This document shows, one piece after another, positions 1 to 9,805 of a DNA stretch of 64,000 nucleotides (positions are counted from its first letter, which is position 1; each line of letters begins with the position of its first letter). The position numbers and the translations under genes were made by a program. Below the pieces are notes generated by a model. That model saw only the letters and a program-made list of their open reading frames with translations. It was not told the DNA's origin and made no database searches. Source of the stretch: Halodesulfurarchaeum sp. (lineage in GTDB: Archaea; Halobacteriota; Halobacteria; Halobacteriales; Halobacteriaceae); the NCBI GenBank assembly GCA_034520565.1, contig JAXHNL010000002.1, positions 224,001-288,000 on the forward strand, given 5' to 3'.

Positions 1-884
1 ACCAAACCGGTTATACTTACCCCTAACCCAATAATCAGGAGATTGTGAAATCGGGAGGATCGGTGCTGCATACGCGCTGTATTCGGCACGTGGCCGTCGA
101 ATTGTCATCTTTCAAGAATCAATGTGAGGTAGGAGTAATCTATCTTCGAATTTGAAAACCTCACACAATTTCCAATCGGCCCACTTCCGCCCTCTTTTCA
201 GATATGACAGGTTAGCAGAGTTCGTATTCGAAAATGCTGACAATTCCATTGACCGTGATGATCACTTCTTGCGACGCAGGATCGAATAGCCTGAGTCAAA
301 AGGCTGACTAAATTATCGTATTTGACCCCACGACGCCGAGAGGCAGGCACCACATCACCCGTCCAATACCCTTTCGGGCTTGAAAACCAAGCATACAACC
401 ACTGTCGCATTCCACGATAATCCATAGCCACAAAGATCGCCACCCTATGAGAATCAGCAACCCAATTGAACCCCGTTCATGGTTACTTTATTCCTCCAAC
501 ATTTTCGGCTACTCGGAGAGTTGACCCGCCAACATTTTTGAGAGTGACAATATCAGCGGCATGACGCCTGTTTCTGCAAATTTTGATGGGCAAATTGGGG
601 ATTTTTAATTCGCTCAGGTAATATTTTAGTCAATATTGGAGCCGTAATCAGCAAGCTCAAAAACTGGTTCCGGCGCAGTCGGGCGATTATCCCCGAACGT
701 AAGCAGCTTATCCCGGTAGTCGTACACCGGGAAAATTTCGTCGGATCGTGGCTAAAATCAAACGAATCGTTACCGTAGAGACACACGGTTACGTTGCAAT
801 TTTACAATATTTGCACTGAATGGCAGGAAAGATACGGACGACAGCAAGACTGCTATCCCCACTACGGCATCGAGTACATTCCCC

Positions 885-2126
885 TTACCACTGAGAGAGG
901 GCACCTCGGCCGTGGTCCCACAACAACACCCCGACGAACGTTGCGACGCCCGATAGCGCCGCGAACCCGCCGACGAAAAACACCCACTGGACGCCAGCAG
1001 TTCCCATCAGCCACCCGCCCAGCAGTGGCGCGAGAATGCTGCCGGGTTTCCAGATGAGCGAGCGGACGCCAAAACTGCTAGCGATGCCCTGGCCCTTACC
1101 CACGTCGGCGAACAGCGCCATACTGGCCGGTTCGCGGAAGGCGTCGGCAACGCCAAGTAAACCGTTGAGAAAGATCGCCGCCACGACTGTCCCCGTGATC
1201 TCTCCCATCAAGGGAACTGACACGGAAAGCAACTCTTCGAAGGCTGGAATGAACGGGAACGCTATCGCGAGCAATCCGTAGGCTCCGCCGCCGGTGAAGA
1301 CGAACAAAGCGCGTCCCTGGACGTCCGAGAGTCGGCCGGTGTAGGGCTGGACGAGCATGTTCATGAACTTCTCGGCGCCAATAACCGCCCCGACCACGAT
1401 CGAGCCATACGCGAGACCCCCCTTCGCTGCGGAGACCCCGATGAAGATGGGGACCCAATTGCGCACGAGCGTCAGGGCCACGGCGTATTGCAACCGAAAC
1501 GTCGATATGGTCAAAATCCGACGGTTCAACGCCAGCTTTGTGAACGCGAAACCCTCGAAGGAGGCCTCGTCGTCATCGACGAACTGCCAGACGCCGACGG
1601 CGGCAAATACGAACAATATTGCCAAGAGACCGAAGACGATGTCGAACCCGGTCAGCGAAAAGAGGATGCCGGCACCGAGCGTGCCGGCGATGCCAGCGGC
1701 CATTCGGAAGGAGTTGAAATACCCGATGGCGTTGGCCCGGCGGTCGACGGGCGCCAAGTCGCCGACGAGGGCAAGACTCAACAGCGCGGTCCCGGCGAGT
1801 CCGAATCCCTGCAACGTTCGGGCAGTAAGAAACCCGTTGACGGACGAGATCGAGGCGAAGGCGAGGTACGCGAGGGCGCTCACGCCCAGTGCCCCCAGGA
1901 GGATTTTCCGCTTGCTGTACCGGTCGCCAGCCCAGGCAATCGGGACGATCCCGACCGTCCGCGCGATTTCCAGAGCGCTCACGAACAGTCCGATCGTAAT
2001 CCCCGTGGCGCCCAGCGTGTCGATGTAGTCCGGGAGCAGCGTCAGGACCGTCATGAAACCGAAACTCGACGTAAACCCGGTCAGGTACAAAGAAGAGAAT
2101 TGTAACTGGTCCCGAGAAACATTCAT
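885..2126 (-). CDS. MFS transporter
   Basis: About 12 hydrophobic segments with MFS motif A-like loops (AWAGDRYSKRK, GRLSDVQGR); start trimmed to the ATG at 2126 (MNVSRDQ). Confidence 0.9.
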   Translation of the reverse strand: MNVSRDQLQFSSLYLTGFTSSFGFMTVLTLLPDYIDTLGATGITIGLFVSALEIARTVGIVPIAWAGDRYSKRKILLGALGVSALAYLAFASISSVNGFLTARTLQGFGLAGTALLSLALVGDLAPVDRRANAIGYFNSFRMAAGIAGTLGAGILFSLTGFDIVFGLLAILFVFAAVGVWQFVDDDEASFEGFAFTKLALNRRILTISTFRLQYAVALTLVRNWVPIFIGVSAAKGGLAYGSIVVGAVIGAEKFMNMLVQPYTGRLSDVQGRALFVFTGGGAYGLLAIAFPFIPAFEELLSVSVPLMGEITGTVVAAIFLNGLLGVADAFREPASMALFADVGKGQGIASSFGVRSLIWKPGSILAPLLGGWLMGTAGVQWVFFVGGFAALSGVATFVGVLLWDHGRGALSQW

Positions 2127-2512
2127 ATCAGGTTCGGATGAGAATCTCCGGAATAAATCGATTGCGGTCCGGAAAAGCACCTCGCTGGAAGGGTGGGCGC
2201 AATCCTGGCATTTCAGTGTGACCGGTATCGTTCCGTAGAGATGGTGGGAGGACACGAGACCACGGCAAAGATAGTTGCGTTTCTTTCTGGACTGATTCGT
2301 CAAATTACTCTCTCCAAAATGACGAGGGAGGCAGCACGATACATTCGAAATGAAAACTACTCCCTGGAGCGAGCGGGGAGGTGCTTGGGTACGATCCGCA
2401 GGACAACTCCGCGGAGTACACCTTCGACGGAAAGTCACGTTAACCATGATTGGTTTCGTTACATCGGTTTCGATACCATTAATATGAACCTGCGCGAATC
2501 TTCACCCTGTCC

Positions 2513-3649
2513 ATGGGAAGAGACCGATCCGGTCCTGGGAGTTTCCCGTCGAGAAGAAGGCTCCTCCAGGCGATGGGTGGGCTCGGAATCGCCGCGTTGG
2601 CGGGGTGTTCGGGAACGAATGCCGTCGGATCGAATCCCTCGACGTCGGCGACGGGAACGACGAACGGAAACACCGTCACTGACGCCACGAGCCGAACGGT
2701 CACGCTTCCGTCCTCGATCGACGATATCGTCGCGGTCGGGCCGGGCGCTCTCAACCTGGTCGCGTATCTCGACGCGATCGAGATGGTCGCAGGCGTCGAG
2801 GAAAACGAGCACTCCTGGGGGCAGTACAACCCCTACAACCTCGCAAATCCCGAACTCCAGGAGTTGCCAGTCATCGGCCCCCACAAAGGAGGCGACGCCG
2901 AACTCATCGCCAGCGCCGAGCCCGACGTCGTGCTGGCGACGTACTTCACGGCCGGAACCGCCTCGGATCTCCAGGAGAAGATCGACGCGCCGGTCGTCGT
3001 TCTCAAGGCCTCGAGTCGGCCGCTGCACCGGTTGGAGGGGATGTACGAGGACCTGCGATTCGCCGCGGAGATCATCGGTAAACCCGACCGGGCCGAAACC
3101 GTCGTCGAGTACTTCGAGGACGAACGCGACGACCTCGCGGAGCGAACGGCAGACGTCCCCAAAGACGACCGATTGGGGGCGTATTACGCCGGCCGGAGCG
3201 ACTCCGGTGGCGCCGGGGCGACCTCGACGCAACATCCGCTGGCGTCATTCTCCTTCGTGAACGCGAACAACGTGGCCGACTCGATCGAGGGGCATGCCGA
3301 CGTCTCCAAGGAGGAGCTGGTGACCTGGGATCCGGCCGCGATCTTCGTCGCCGAGTCGAACCTCGACCAGGTCACGGAGTCGCTCTCTGGGGAAACGTAC
3401 GAGGGCATCCGTGCCATCGAAAACGATCGGGTCTACGGACTGCTGCCGACGCGGTTCTACGGGAACCTCTACGGAAGCACGATAGCCAACGCCTATTACG
3501 TCGGCTCGATCCTGTACCCTGACCGGTTCGATGACGTGACGCCCAGAGAGAGGGCCGGCGAGATCTACGAGTTCTTGGTAGGTTCCGAGGTGTACGGGGC
3601 CCTCGCCGAACAATATGGAGGATTCAAAAAGATCGACCTCGCGCAATGA
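2513..3649 (+). CDS. ABC transporter substrate-binding lipoprotein, BtuF/FecB (cobalamin/iron-chelate) family
   Basis: Tat motif SRRRLL plus lipobox LAGC; 'ELIASAEPDVV' and 'VSKEELVTWDP' helical-backbone motifs; first gene of a permease/ATPase operon. Confidence 0.88.
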   Translation: MGRDRSGPGSFPSRRRLLQAMGGLGIAALAGCSGTNAVGSNPSTSATGTTNGNTVTDATSRTVTLPSSIDDIVAVGPGALNLVAYLDAIEMVAGVEENEHSWGQYNPYNLANPELQELPVIGPHKGGDAELIASAEPDVVLATYFTAGTASDLQEKIDAPVVVLKASSRPLHRLEGMYEDLRFAAEIIGKPDRAETVVEYFEDERDDLAERTADVPKDDRLGAYYAGRSDSGGAGATSTQHPLASFSFVNANNVADSIEGHADVSKEELVTWDPAAIFVAESNLDQVTESLSGETYEGIRAIENDRVYGLLPTRFYGNLYGSTIANAYYVGSILYPDRFDDVTPRERAGEIYEFLVGSEVYGALAEQYGGFKKIDLAQ

Positions 3650-4737
3650 GCCAACCCACCGCCGGCGGAACTGATCTGGCCCGGGGCTACCGGCAGTACG
3701 TTCTCACGCGTCGAAACGGACTCGTCGCGTCGACGGTGGTCCTCGTTCTGGTGGCCGTTTTCTCGGTTGCGGTCGGTGCGACGACGATTCCGATCGAGCG
3801 GGTAGTGGAAGTGCTTCTCCAGGGCGCTGGCGGGGATTCGGTCGCCTCGACGATCATCTGGCAAATCCGTCTTCCCCGGGTGTTGACCGCGATCGCGATC
3901 GGCGCGGGACTCTCGCTGGCCGGTGTCGTCATGCAGAGCGTCCTCAACAACCCCCTCGGATCGCCGTTCACGCTGGGAATCTCCCACGGCGCAATGTTCG
4001 GCGCCGCGATCGCGATCGTCGTGTTCGGGGCCGGATCGATCACCCTCGGCGCCAGCGCCGAAATCACGTTTTCGAACCCGTATATCGTCACGATCGCCGC
4101 GTTCCTGGCGTCTCTGTCCTCGGCGGGAGCGATTCTCGCGCTGGCGAAATATCGCGGGGCCTCACCGGAGACGATGATCCTCACCGGAATCGCGCTGAGT
4201 TCGTTGTTCACCGCGGGAACGACGGCGTTGCAGTACTTCGCCTCCCAGAACGAGCTGGCCTCGATCGTGTTCTGGTCGTTCGGGGACGTCGGCCGGGCGA
4301 GTTGGAGTAACTTCTGGCTGCTGCTGGTCGTTCTGGCAGCGAGTATCGGCTACTTCCTGCGCGAGAGCTGGAAGTACAACGCTCTCGATGCCGGATCCGA
4401 GGCGGCCAAAGGGGTTGGCGTGAACGTCGAGACGGTGCGGAATCGGGGGATGCTGGTGGCGTCGTTTATCACGGCCCTGGGTGTTTCCTTCGTCGGCATC
4501 ATCGGGTTCGTCGGACTGGTCGTCCCTCACATCGTGCGAAAGTTGATCGGGAACAACAAGGCCTTCCTCCTGCCGACATCGGCGGTTCTGGGCGCGCTCC
4601 TGTTGCTGATCTCGGATACCGCCGCCCGGACCGCATTCGCTCCGACGGTGCTGCCGGTCGGCATCGTCACGTCCTTCGTGGGTGCACCGTTTTTCATCTA
4701 CCTGGTCGTCCGCGGGAAAGAATACTGGAACCAATGA
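3646..4737 (+). CDS. FecCD/BtuC family ABC permease
   Basis: IRLPR, NPLGSPFTLGIS and GIIGFVGLVVPH signatures; ATGA overlap with the upstream gene. Confidence 0.93.
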   Translation: MSQPTAGGTDLARGYRQYVLTRRNGLVASTVVLVLVAVFSVAVGATTIPIERVVEVLLQGAGGDSVASTIIWQIRLPRVLTAIAIGAGLSLAGVVMQSVLNNPLGSPFTLGISHGAMFGAAIAIVVFGAGSITLGASAEITFSNPYIVTIAAFLASLSSAGAILALAKYRGASPETMILTGIALSSLFTAGTTALQYFASQNELASIVFWSFGDVGRASWSNFWLLLVVLAASIGYFLRESWKYNALDAGSEAAKGVGVNVETVRNRGMLVASFITALGVSFVGIIGFVGLVVPHIVRKLIGNNKAFLLPTSAVLGALLLLISDTAARTAFAPTVLPVGIVTSFVGAPFFIYLVVRGKEYWNQ

Positions 4738-5597
4738 CACTCCACGTCGACGACGCGACCTTCGGGTACGACGGCTCGGCGGTGCTCGAAGACGTCTCGC
4801 TCGCCGTCGAACGAGGGGAACTCGTGGCACTCCTCGGGCCGAACGGCTCCGGGAAGTCCACCCTTCTCAAGGTAATCGACCAGATACACGGAACAAGCGC
4901 CGGGACCGTTCGGGTGGACGGCGAGGACCTCGACGCCCTTTCACGCGAAGAGATAGCCCGCCGGATCGGCTATCTCCCCCAATCCCAGTCCGCCGTCCCG
5001 TCCGCGACGGTCTTCGATACGGTCCTTTTGGGACGTCAGCCGTACTTCGACTGGCGTCCCGGCGAGTCGGATCGGGTCGCCGTCGAACGGATCCTCGAGG
5101 AGCTCGCGATCGACGACCTCGCGATGCGGGAAGTTCCCACGTTGAGTGGCGGTCAACAACGGCTCGTCCTGTTGGCGCGGGCGCTCGTCCAGGCCCAGGA
5201 CGCGTTACTGCTCGACGAGCCGACCAGCGGGCTCGATCTGAAACACCAGCACGAGGTCATGCGTCGAGTGCGAAACGCCGTTCGTCACTCGAACCTGGCC
5301 GGGGTCGTCGCCATTCACGACATCGACCTCGCGACCCGGTTTTGCGATCGCTTCGCGTTCCTCCGGGGTGGCGAACTGATAGCAGTCGGCGGCGAGGACG
5401 TGCTGACCGAGAACGTCGTCGAACGCGTGTACGACGTCCCCGTCGAGGTCTTCGAGCGGAACGGCCGGACACACGTGGTGCAGAAAGATCCAGGCGAACG
5501 GACGGTAGAAATGTCCGCCACTGGCGGCCACAACCCCGCTTCAGATGAGGTGACCGCCATCGCGGACGGCAACGGGAGGAACAGTCGGACGGACTAA
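4734..5597 (+). CDS. ABC transporter ATP-binding protein (BtuD/FecE-like)
   Basis: Walker A GPNGSGKS, signature LSGGQ, Walker B LLLDEP, H-switch IHD. Confidence 0.93.
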   Translation: MTLHVDDATFGYDGSAVLEDVSLAVERGELVALLGPNGSGKSTLLKVIDQIHGTSAGTVRVDGEDLDALSREEIARRIGYLPQSQSAVPSATVFDTVLLGRQPYFDWRPGESDRVAVERILEELAIDDLAMREVPTLSGGQQRLVLLARALVQAQDALLLDEPTSGLDLKHQHEVMRRVRNAVRHSNLAGVVAIHDIDLATRFCDRFAFLRGGELIAVGGEDVLTENVVERVYDVPVEVFERNGRTHVVQKDPGERTVEMSATGGHNPASDEVTAIADGNGRNSRTD

Positions 5598-6112
5598 CGT
5601 CCCCACGTTCCGACCAGCAGATCGAGTATCCGATCCGGGAGTTCCTCCCGATTCGATTCGGTGACTTCGAGCCGTTCCAAAGGAGCATCGTCCGGAAACG
5701 CTCCGGCGACGAACGGGACGACTCCGTTCCGAACGGAGAAGAGCGTGCCGCGGTACGCAGTCGGATCCAAGTCCGAAAGAAGGGGAGCAAATCCCTCTCC
5801 TCGACGTTCCAGTTTGCCGATTTCGTCGATCACTAACACGTCCCCCTCCGCCCGGCTCGCAGCCAGGCCCGTCTCGATCGCGCCGGGGTTTACCGAATAC
5901 CGGCCGATCGTCACGCCGCCCGGAAATTCACGCGACTGCGAGCCGAATACCAGCGGCTCGCCCGGCCCGATCGGGACGAGTTCGAGGGTGTCCGGACCCC
6001 CGTCAGTGTAGAAGCCAACCGGCCGTAGCCCTCGCTCGCGGAGCCCCGAGACGACCCGTTTGACCAGGGTGGTCTTTCCGACGTTCCGATCGCCGGTCAC
6101 GACGAAATTCAT
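5594..6112 (-). CDS. THEP1/NTPase_1 family nucleoside-triphosphatase
   Basis: VTGDRNVGKTT, GFYT and VIDEIGKLE motifs. Confidence 0.85.
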   Translation of the reverse strand: MNFVVTGDRNVGKTTLVKRVVSGLRERGLRPVGFYTDGGPDTLELVPIGPGEPLVFGSQSREFPGGVTIGRYSVNPGAIETGLAASRAEGDVLVIDEIGKLERRGEGFAPLLSDLDPTAYRGTLFSVRNGVVPFVAGAFPDDAPLERLEVTESNREELPDRILDLLVGTWGR

Positions 6113-6220
6113 CGCTGTCGACTGTCCAAATCGGGCCGAACGGTAAAAGGACAGGGGTGCACAGGGCCGAGAAACAGTCCGCTAACCCGCCTCAGTTCGA
6201 AAGTAAACCAACTCCCCGAC

Positions 6221-7624
6221 TTAGGAGAGAAAGACGTGTTTCGGCCGGTCGGCAAGCATCTCTCGACCCGCCGACACGGTCTCCCGGAACTCTTCCGACT
6301 CGAAAAAGCCCATCGCGTCCTCGCGGGAGTCCCACTGGCTGGCGATGAACATGTCGTTCTCGTTCGCGACGTTCACGAGCAGGTCCGTCTCGCGATGCCC
6401 GTCGAGGTCCGCAAGTGCCTGGGCGACGCCGTCGAACGTCTCGACGAATTCCTGGCGATGCTCGGGCTGAACGGTGTAGAACATGCCCATCGTGCCCCAG
6501 CCGTCGGGGGCGTCGCCTGGTTGGCCGACCGTGTCCGGAAGGTCGGCGAGAAAGCCGCTGGCCGTCTCGGCCGCCGACCGGGTGTCCCAGATACTCACGA
6601 CGGCGTTGGGTCCCTCGCCGCGGGAGCGGTACACCGCCGTCGAGACGTGGGTGTCGTAGTGCTCGAAGTTCGAGCGCATCCCGTCGATCGTGTCGGTGAG
6701 CGTCTCGACGGCCGCCTTTGAGTAGAGCGCGACCGCGTGAACGTCCTCGCCGTGGGGCTGGCCGGCGTAAACGTTCTCCGCCTCGAGAGCTCCCCTGACT
6801 GCACTGCCGTCCGATTCAGCCTCCGCGGCCTCGCCAACGTTCTCCTCGCTTCCCTCGACCGGGACCTCCTCCCCGGCCATGAACGCCCCGAGATCGGACG
6901 GCGGGAACCGTCGGCCCACGAAGAAGGGGCCGAACTCGCCGTATTTGGCCGTCGCCTCGTCGAAGCGCATCTCGTAGACGATCTGCTTGAGCGCTTTCGC
7001 GTCTTCGCTGAAGAGGGTGACCCCCCATTCCCAGTCGTCGAGCCCGAACCCGGAGGTGATGTACTGGACGATCTGTCCCGCATACCCCTTCCCGGTCTCA
7101 CCGTGTTCGGCCATCATTTCGGCTCGCTCGTCCATCGGGGTGTCATACCAGTTGTACTCGGGGTCGCGGCGCTTTCCCATCGGGTAGAAGGAGACGTAGC
7201 CCTCCTCCGGAATCGAGGGATAGAGCTTGGATTCCATGTACCGGGCGAGTCCGGGATCGACCTCGCTCTCCTCGTCGAAGTACTCCTGGGAGGTATAGCC
7301 CCCGACCTCCGTCACCGAGACGAACGAGCGAGTTGATTCGGCAAACCGGCCAAATGGGGTCAGGTCCAACTGGCGCTCGGCCCGCTCGACCGCGTCGAGG
7401 CTCGGACGCAGGTGGATGACGAGGAGGTCGGCTTCGTGGCCGGCAATGGTGAAGACGGCCGTCTCGCCGTCCATCCCCTCGCCGGTCGTCTCGAGGTACT
7501 CGACCGCACTCTCGACGGCCGACTCCCGTTCTGCCTCGGGGGTCTCCTGCCAGGCGGGCCAGTCGATTCGCCTGAAGTCATGGAGCACGAACCAGCCCTC
7601 ATCGGTGGGTGGTGGGTCAGCCAT
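6221..7624 (-). CDS. pitA: PitA: coproheme decarboxylase/chlorite dismutase-like heme-binding domain fused to an ABM monooxygenase-like domain
   Basis: PPTDEGWFVLHDF, YPMGK..WY, MAEHG, DWEWGVTLF, IVYEMRFDE; C-terminal GTMGMFYTV..MFIASQW ABM domain. Confidence 0.9.
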   Translation of the reverse strand: MADPPPTDEGWFVLHDFRRIDWPAWQETPEAERESAVESAVEYLETTGEGMDGETAVFTIAGHEADLLVIHLRPSLDAVERAERQLDLTPFGRFAESTRSFVSVTEVGGYTSQEYFDEESEVDPGLARYMESKLYPSIPEEGYVSFYPMGKRRDPEYNWYDTPMDERAEMMAEHGETGKGYAGQIVQYITSGFGLDDWEWGVTLFSEDAKALKQIVYEMRFDEATAKYGEFGPFFVGRRFPPSDLGAFMAGEEVPVEGSEENVGEAAEAESDGSAVRGALEAENVYAGQPHGEDVHAVALYSKAAVETLTDTIDGMRSNFEHYDTHVSTAVYRSRGEGPNAVVSIWDTRSAAETASGFLADLPDTVGQPGDAPDGWGTMGMFYTVQPEHRQEFVETFDGVAQALADLDGHRETDLLVNVANENDMFIASQWDSREDAMGFFESEEFRETVSAGREMLADRPKHVFLS

Positions 7625-7658
7625 TGACGATCCTTTTCGGGCCGGATAGAAGAACGTT

Positions 7659-7787
7659 CGCAGTGCGGCAGTCCCGACTGGGACTGGCGGCGGGTGGACT
7701 CCCCGTATCTATCACGATCGATGGGGCAGCCAGCAAACGTTCGCTGAACCGAAAGGGCCTACTTGCCGACTGCGCGATGGGGAGGTA
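7659..7787 (+). promoter_or_regulatory. Candidate structured 5' leader (riboswitch-like) of the ECF operon
   Basis: Closing helix 7659-7672/7761-7774, three to four internal hairpins, and anti-SD CTCCCCGT (7699-7706) complementary to ATGGGGAG (7777-7784). Confidence 0.35.
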
Positions 7788-8291
7788 ATGAAATCGAAGG
7801 ACCGGTTCGATCTCGATGCGAGCACCGTGGCGTTTAGTGCCGTGATCGGAGCCGCCGTCGCCGTCGCGACGCTGTTCACGAGGATCCCCGTCGGCATCGG
7901 GTATCTCAACTTCGGAGAGGTGTTCATCTACACCGGCGCCTTCCTGTTCGGCGGAACCGTCGGCGGCCTCGCGGGCGGAATCGGAGCGGCCGCGGCCGAC
8001 GTCATTTCCGGATACGTCTTTTTCGCGCCCGTGACGCTCGTCGCGAAAGGGATCGAGGGCTACGTCGTGGGAGAAGTGGCCGGAGACTCGCTGCGAAGCA
8101 AGGCGATTGCGGTCGCGCTCGGCGCACCGTTCATGATCGTCGCGTACGTCCTCGCCGTGGCCTATCTGGAGGGACTCCCCCTGGCACTCGCCAAGGAACT
8201 CCCGGTTGACATCCTCCAGGCCGTCGTCGGCTTTGCCATCGCGGTCCCACTCTCGAAGCTTCTCGAGGATCGGGTCCCCGAACTCAGATGA
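7788..8291 (+). CDS. ECF transporter S component (HmpT/PdxU2-like vitamin-binding subunit)
   Basis: GYLNFGE..GGLAGGIGAAAAD..APVTLVAKG pattern; about 6 TM helices; followed by A, A' and T genes. Confidence 0.85.
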   Translation: MKSKDRFDLDASTVAFSAVIGAAVAVATLFTRIPVGIGYLNFGEVFIYTGAFLFGGTVGGLAGGIGAAAADVISGYVFFAPVTLVAKGIEGYVVGEVAGDSLRSKAIAVALGAPFMIVAYVLAVAYLEGLPLALAKELPVDILQAVVGFAIAVPLSKLLEDRVPELR

Positions 8292-9034
8292 GCTTGCTCG
8301 CTGTCGAGGGATTGACCGTCCGCGCGAGGGACGAAACGACGCTGTTGGACGACGTTTCGCTCTCGATCGATGCCGAGGAGACTGTCCTGCTTGCGGGACC
8401 ATCGGGGAGTGGAAAAACCCTCCTCGGAAAAGCGATTGCCGGACTGCTCTCTCCGGTATCGACGGTCTCGGTGGACGGGACCGTCCACAGGGAGGGGACA
8501 GTCGGAATGTGCTTCCAGGACCCCCGGACCCAGTTGGTCAGGGAACGCGTCCGGTCGGACGTGGCCTTCGGACTCGAAAACCGGGGCGTCGCGCCGGCCG
8601 AAATCCACGACCGAATCGACGACTGGGCCGATCGTCTGGACGCCGTTCACCTGCTCGATCGCGAAATCACCGCCCTCTCCCGCGGTGAAACCACGCTCGT
8701 CGCCCTGCTGGGAACGCTCGTCACCGAGCCGGACCTCGTGGTGCTGGACGAACCGCTGGCCGCACTCGACGCCCGGAACCGCCGACTGGTGCTCGATGCG
8801 ATCGAGGAACTGCACGGGGAAACCGCCCTCTTCGTCGCCGAACACGACGCGAAACCCGTACTCGAGCTCGCCGACCGGGCGATCCTGCTCGAGGAGGGGG
8901 AGATCGGAGCGAACGGTTCCCCACGAGCGGTCGTCGGCTCGCTCCACGAGGCAGGGATCGAAGTACCATTCGCGACCGCCGTCGCGTTGGCCCGAGGGGA
9001 CCCGGCTGAATCCGTCCCGCTCTCCGGAGGCTAA
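8288..9034 (+). CDS. ECF transporter ATPase (EcfA)
   Basis: GPSGSGKT, FQDP, DVAFGLEN, VVLDEP. Confidence 0.88.
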   Translation: MSLLAVEGLTVRARDETTLLDDVSLSIDAEETVLLAGPSGSGKTLLGKAIAGLLSPVSTVSVDGTVHREGTVGMCFQDPRTQLVRERVRSDVAFGLENRGVAPAEIHDRIDDWADRLDAVHLLDREITALSRGETTLVALLGTLVTEPDLVVLDEPLAALDARNRRLVLDAIEELHGETALFVAEHDAKPVLELADRAILLEEGEIGANGSPRAVVGSLHEAGIEVPFATAVALARGDPAESVPLSGG

Positions 9035-9037
9035 CCC

Positions 9038-9805
9038 GTGATCGACATCACCGGCCTGTCCTTCGCGTTCGACGACGGTACCCAGGTCTTCGAAGACCTC
9101 TCTATGACTGTCGAGACCGGCGGAATCGTCGCCGTCCTCGGGGCCAACGGAACGGGCAAGACGACGCTCCTGCGGTTGCTCGCTGGCCTGCTCGAGCCGG
9201 CTACCGGCACGATCGAGATCGACGACCGGACGGAGCCGGTCGTCGGCCTCGCACCGGAGACGCCGGCGGACGGGCTCTTCTCCCCGACCGTCGCAGCGGA
9301 AGTCGCTTTCTTTCCTGAGAACCGGGGCTTGCCGGTCGAAGCGCAGGTGAAAGCGGCCATGGAGCAACTCGGCATCGAGCAACTCGCCGACCGGGACCCA
9401 TACTCGCTCTCGGAGGGCGAGAAACGACTCGTGACGATCGCCGCCGTCCTCGCGGGCGATCCCGACGTCGTCGGCCTCGACGAACCCACGAGCGGCCTCG
9501 ACCGAAGGGCCAGGACGCGTCTCGGAAAGCGACTCGCCGACCTCGATCACACCGTCCTCGTGGTCACACACGACACCGACTTCGCGTGGCGGTACGCCGA
9601 CCGGGCGGTCGTCCTCGCAGACGGCGGTCTTCGTCGACAGGGGCCGGTCGAGTCAGTCCTTGCGGACCCCGACTTCGACCTCGGAGCCCTCGGCCTCGAA
9701 ACGCCACAGGCGGTAGCGTGGGCCCGCGAACGGGGTATCGATCCACCGCCGCGAACCGTTGCCGAAGCCGTCGACCGACTGGGAGGAACGGAGGACAAAC
9801 AATGA
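9038..9805 (+). CDS. ECF transporter ATPase (EcfA')
   Basis: GANGTGKTT, LSEGEK, LDEPTSGLD, VTHD; GTG start. Confidence 0.88.
   Translation: MIDITGLSFAFDDGTQVFEDLSMTVETGGIVAVLGANGTGKTTLLRLLAGLLEPATGTIEIDDRTEPVVGLAPETPADGLFSPTVAAEVAFFPENRGLPVEAQVKAAMEQLGIEQLADRDPYSLSEGEKRLVTIAAVLAGDPDVVGLDEPTSGLDRRARTRLGKRLADLDHTVLVVTHDTDFAWRYADRAVVLADGGLRRQGPVESVLADPDFDLGALGLETPQAVAWARERGIDPPPRTVAEAVDRLGGTEDKQ

Noticed and set aside
198-786. Short ORFs 198-443 and 553-786
   Set aside because: Basic, non-acidic composition unlike haloarchaeal proteins; no motifs
2127-2512. Cobalamin riboswitch upstream of the BtuF-like gene
   Set aside because: No B12-box consensus seen, and a TATA-like box about 30 bp before the ATG implies a leaderless or short-leader mRNA
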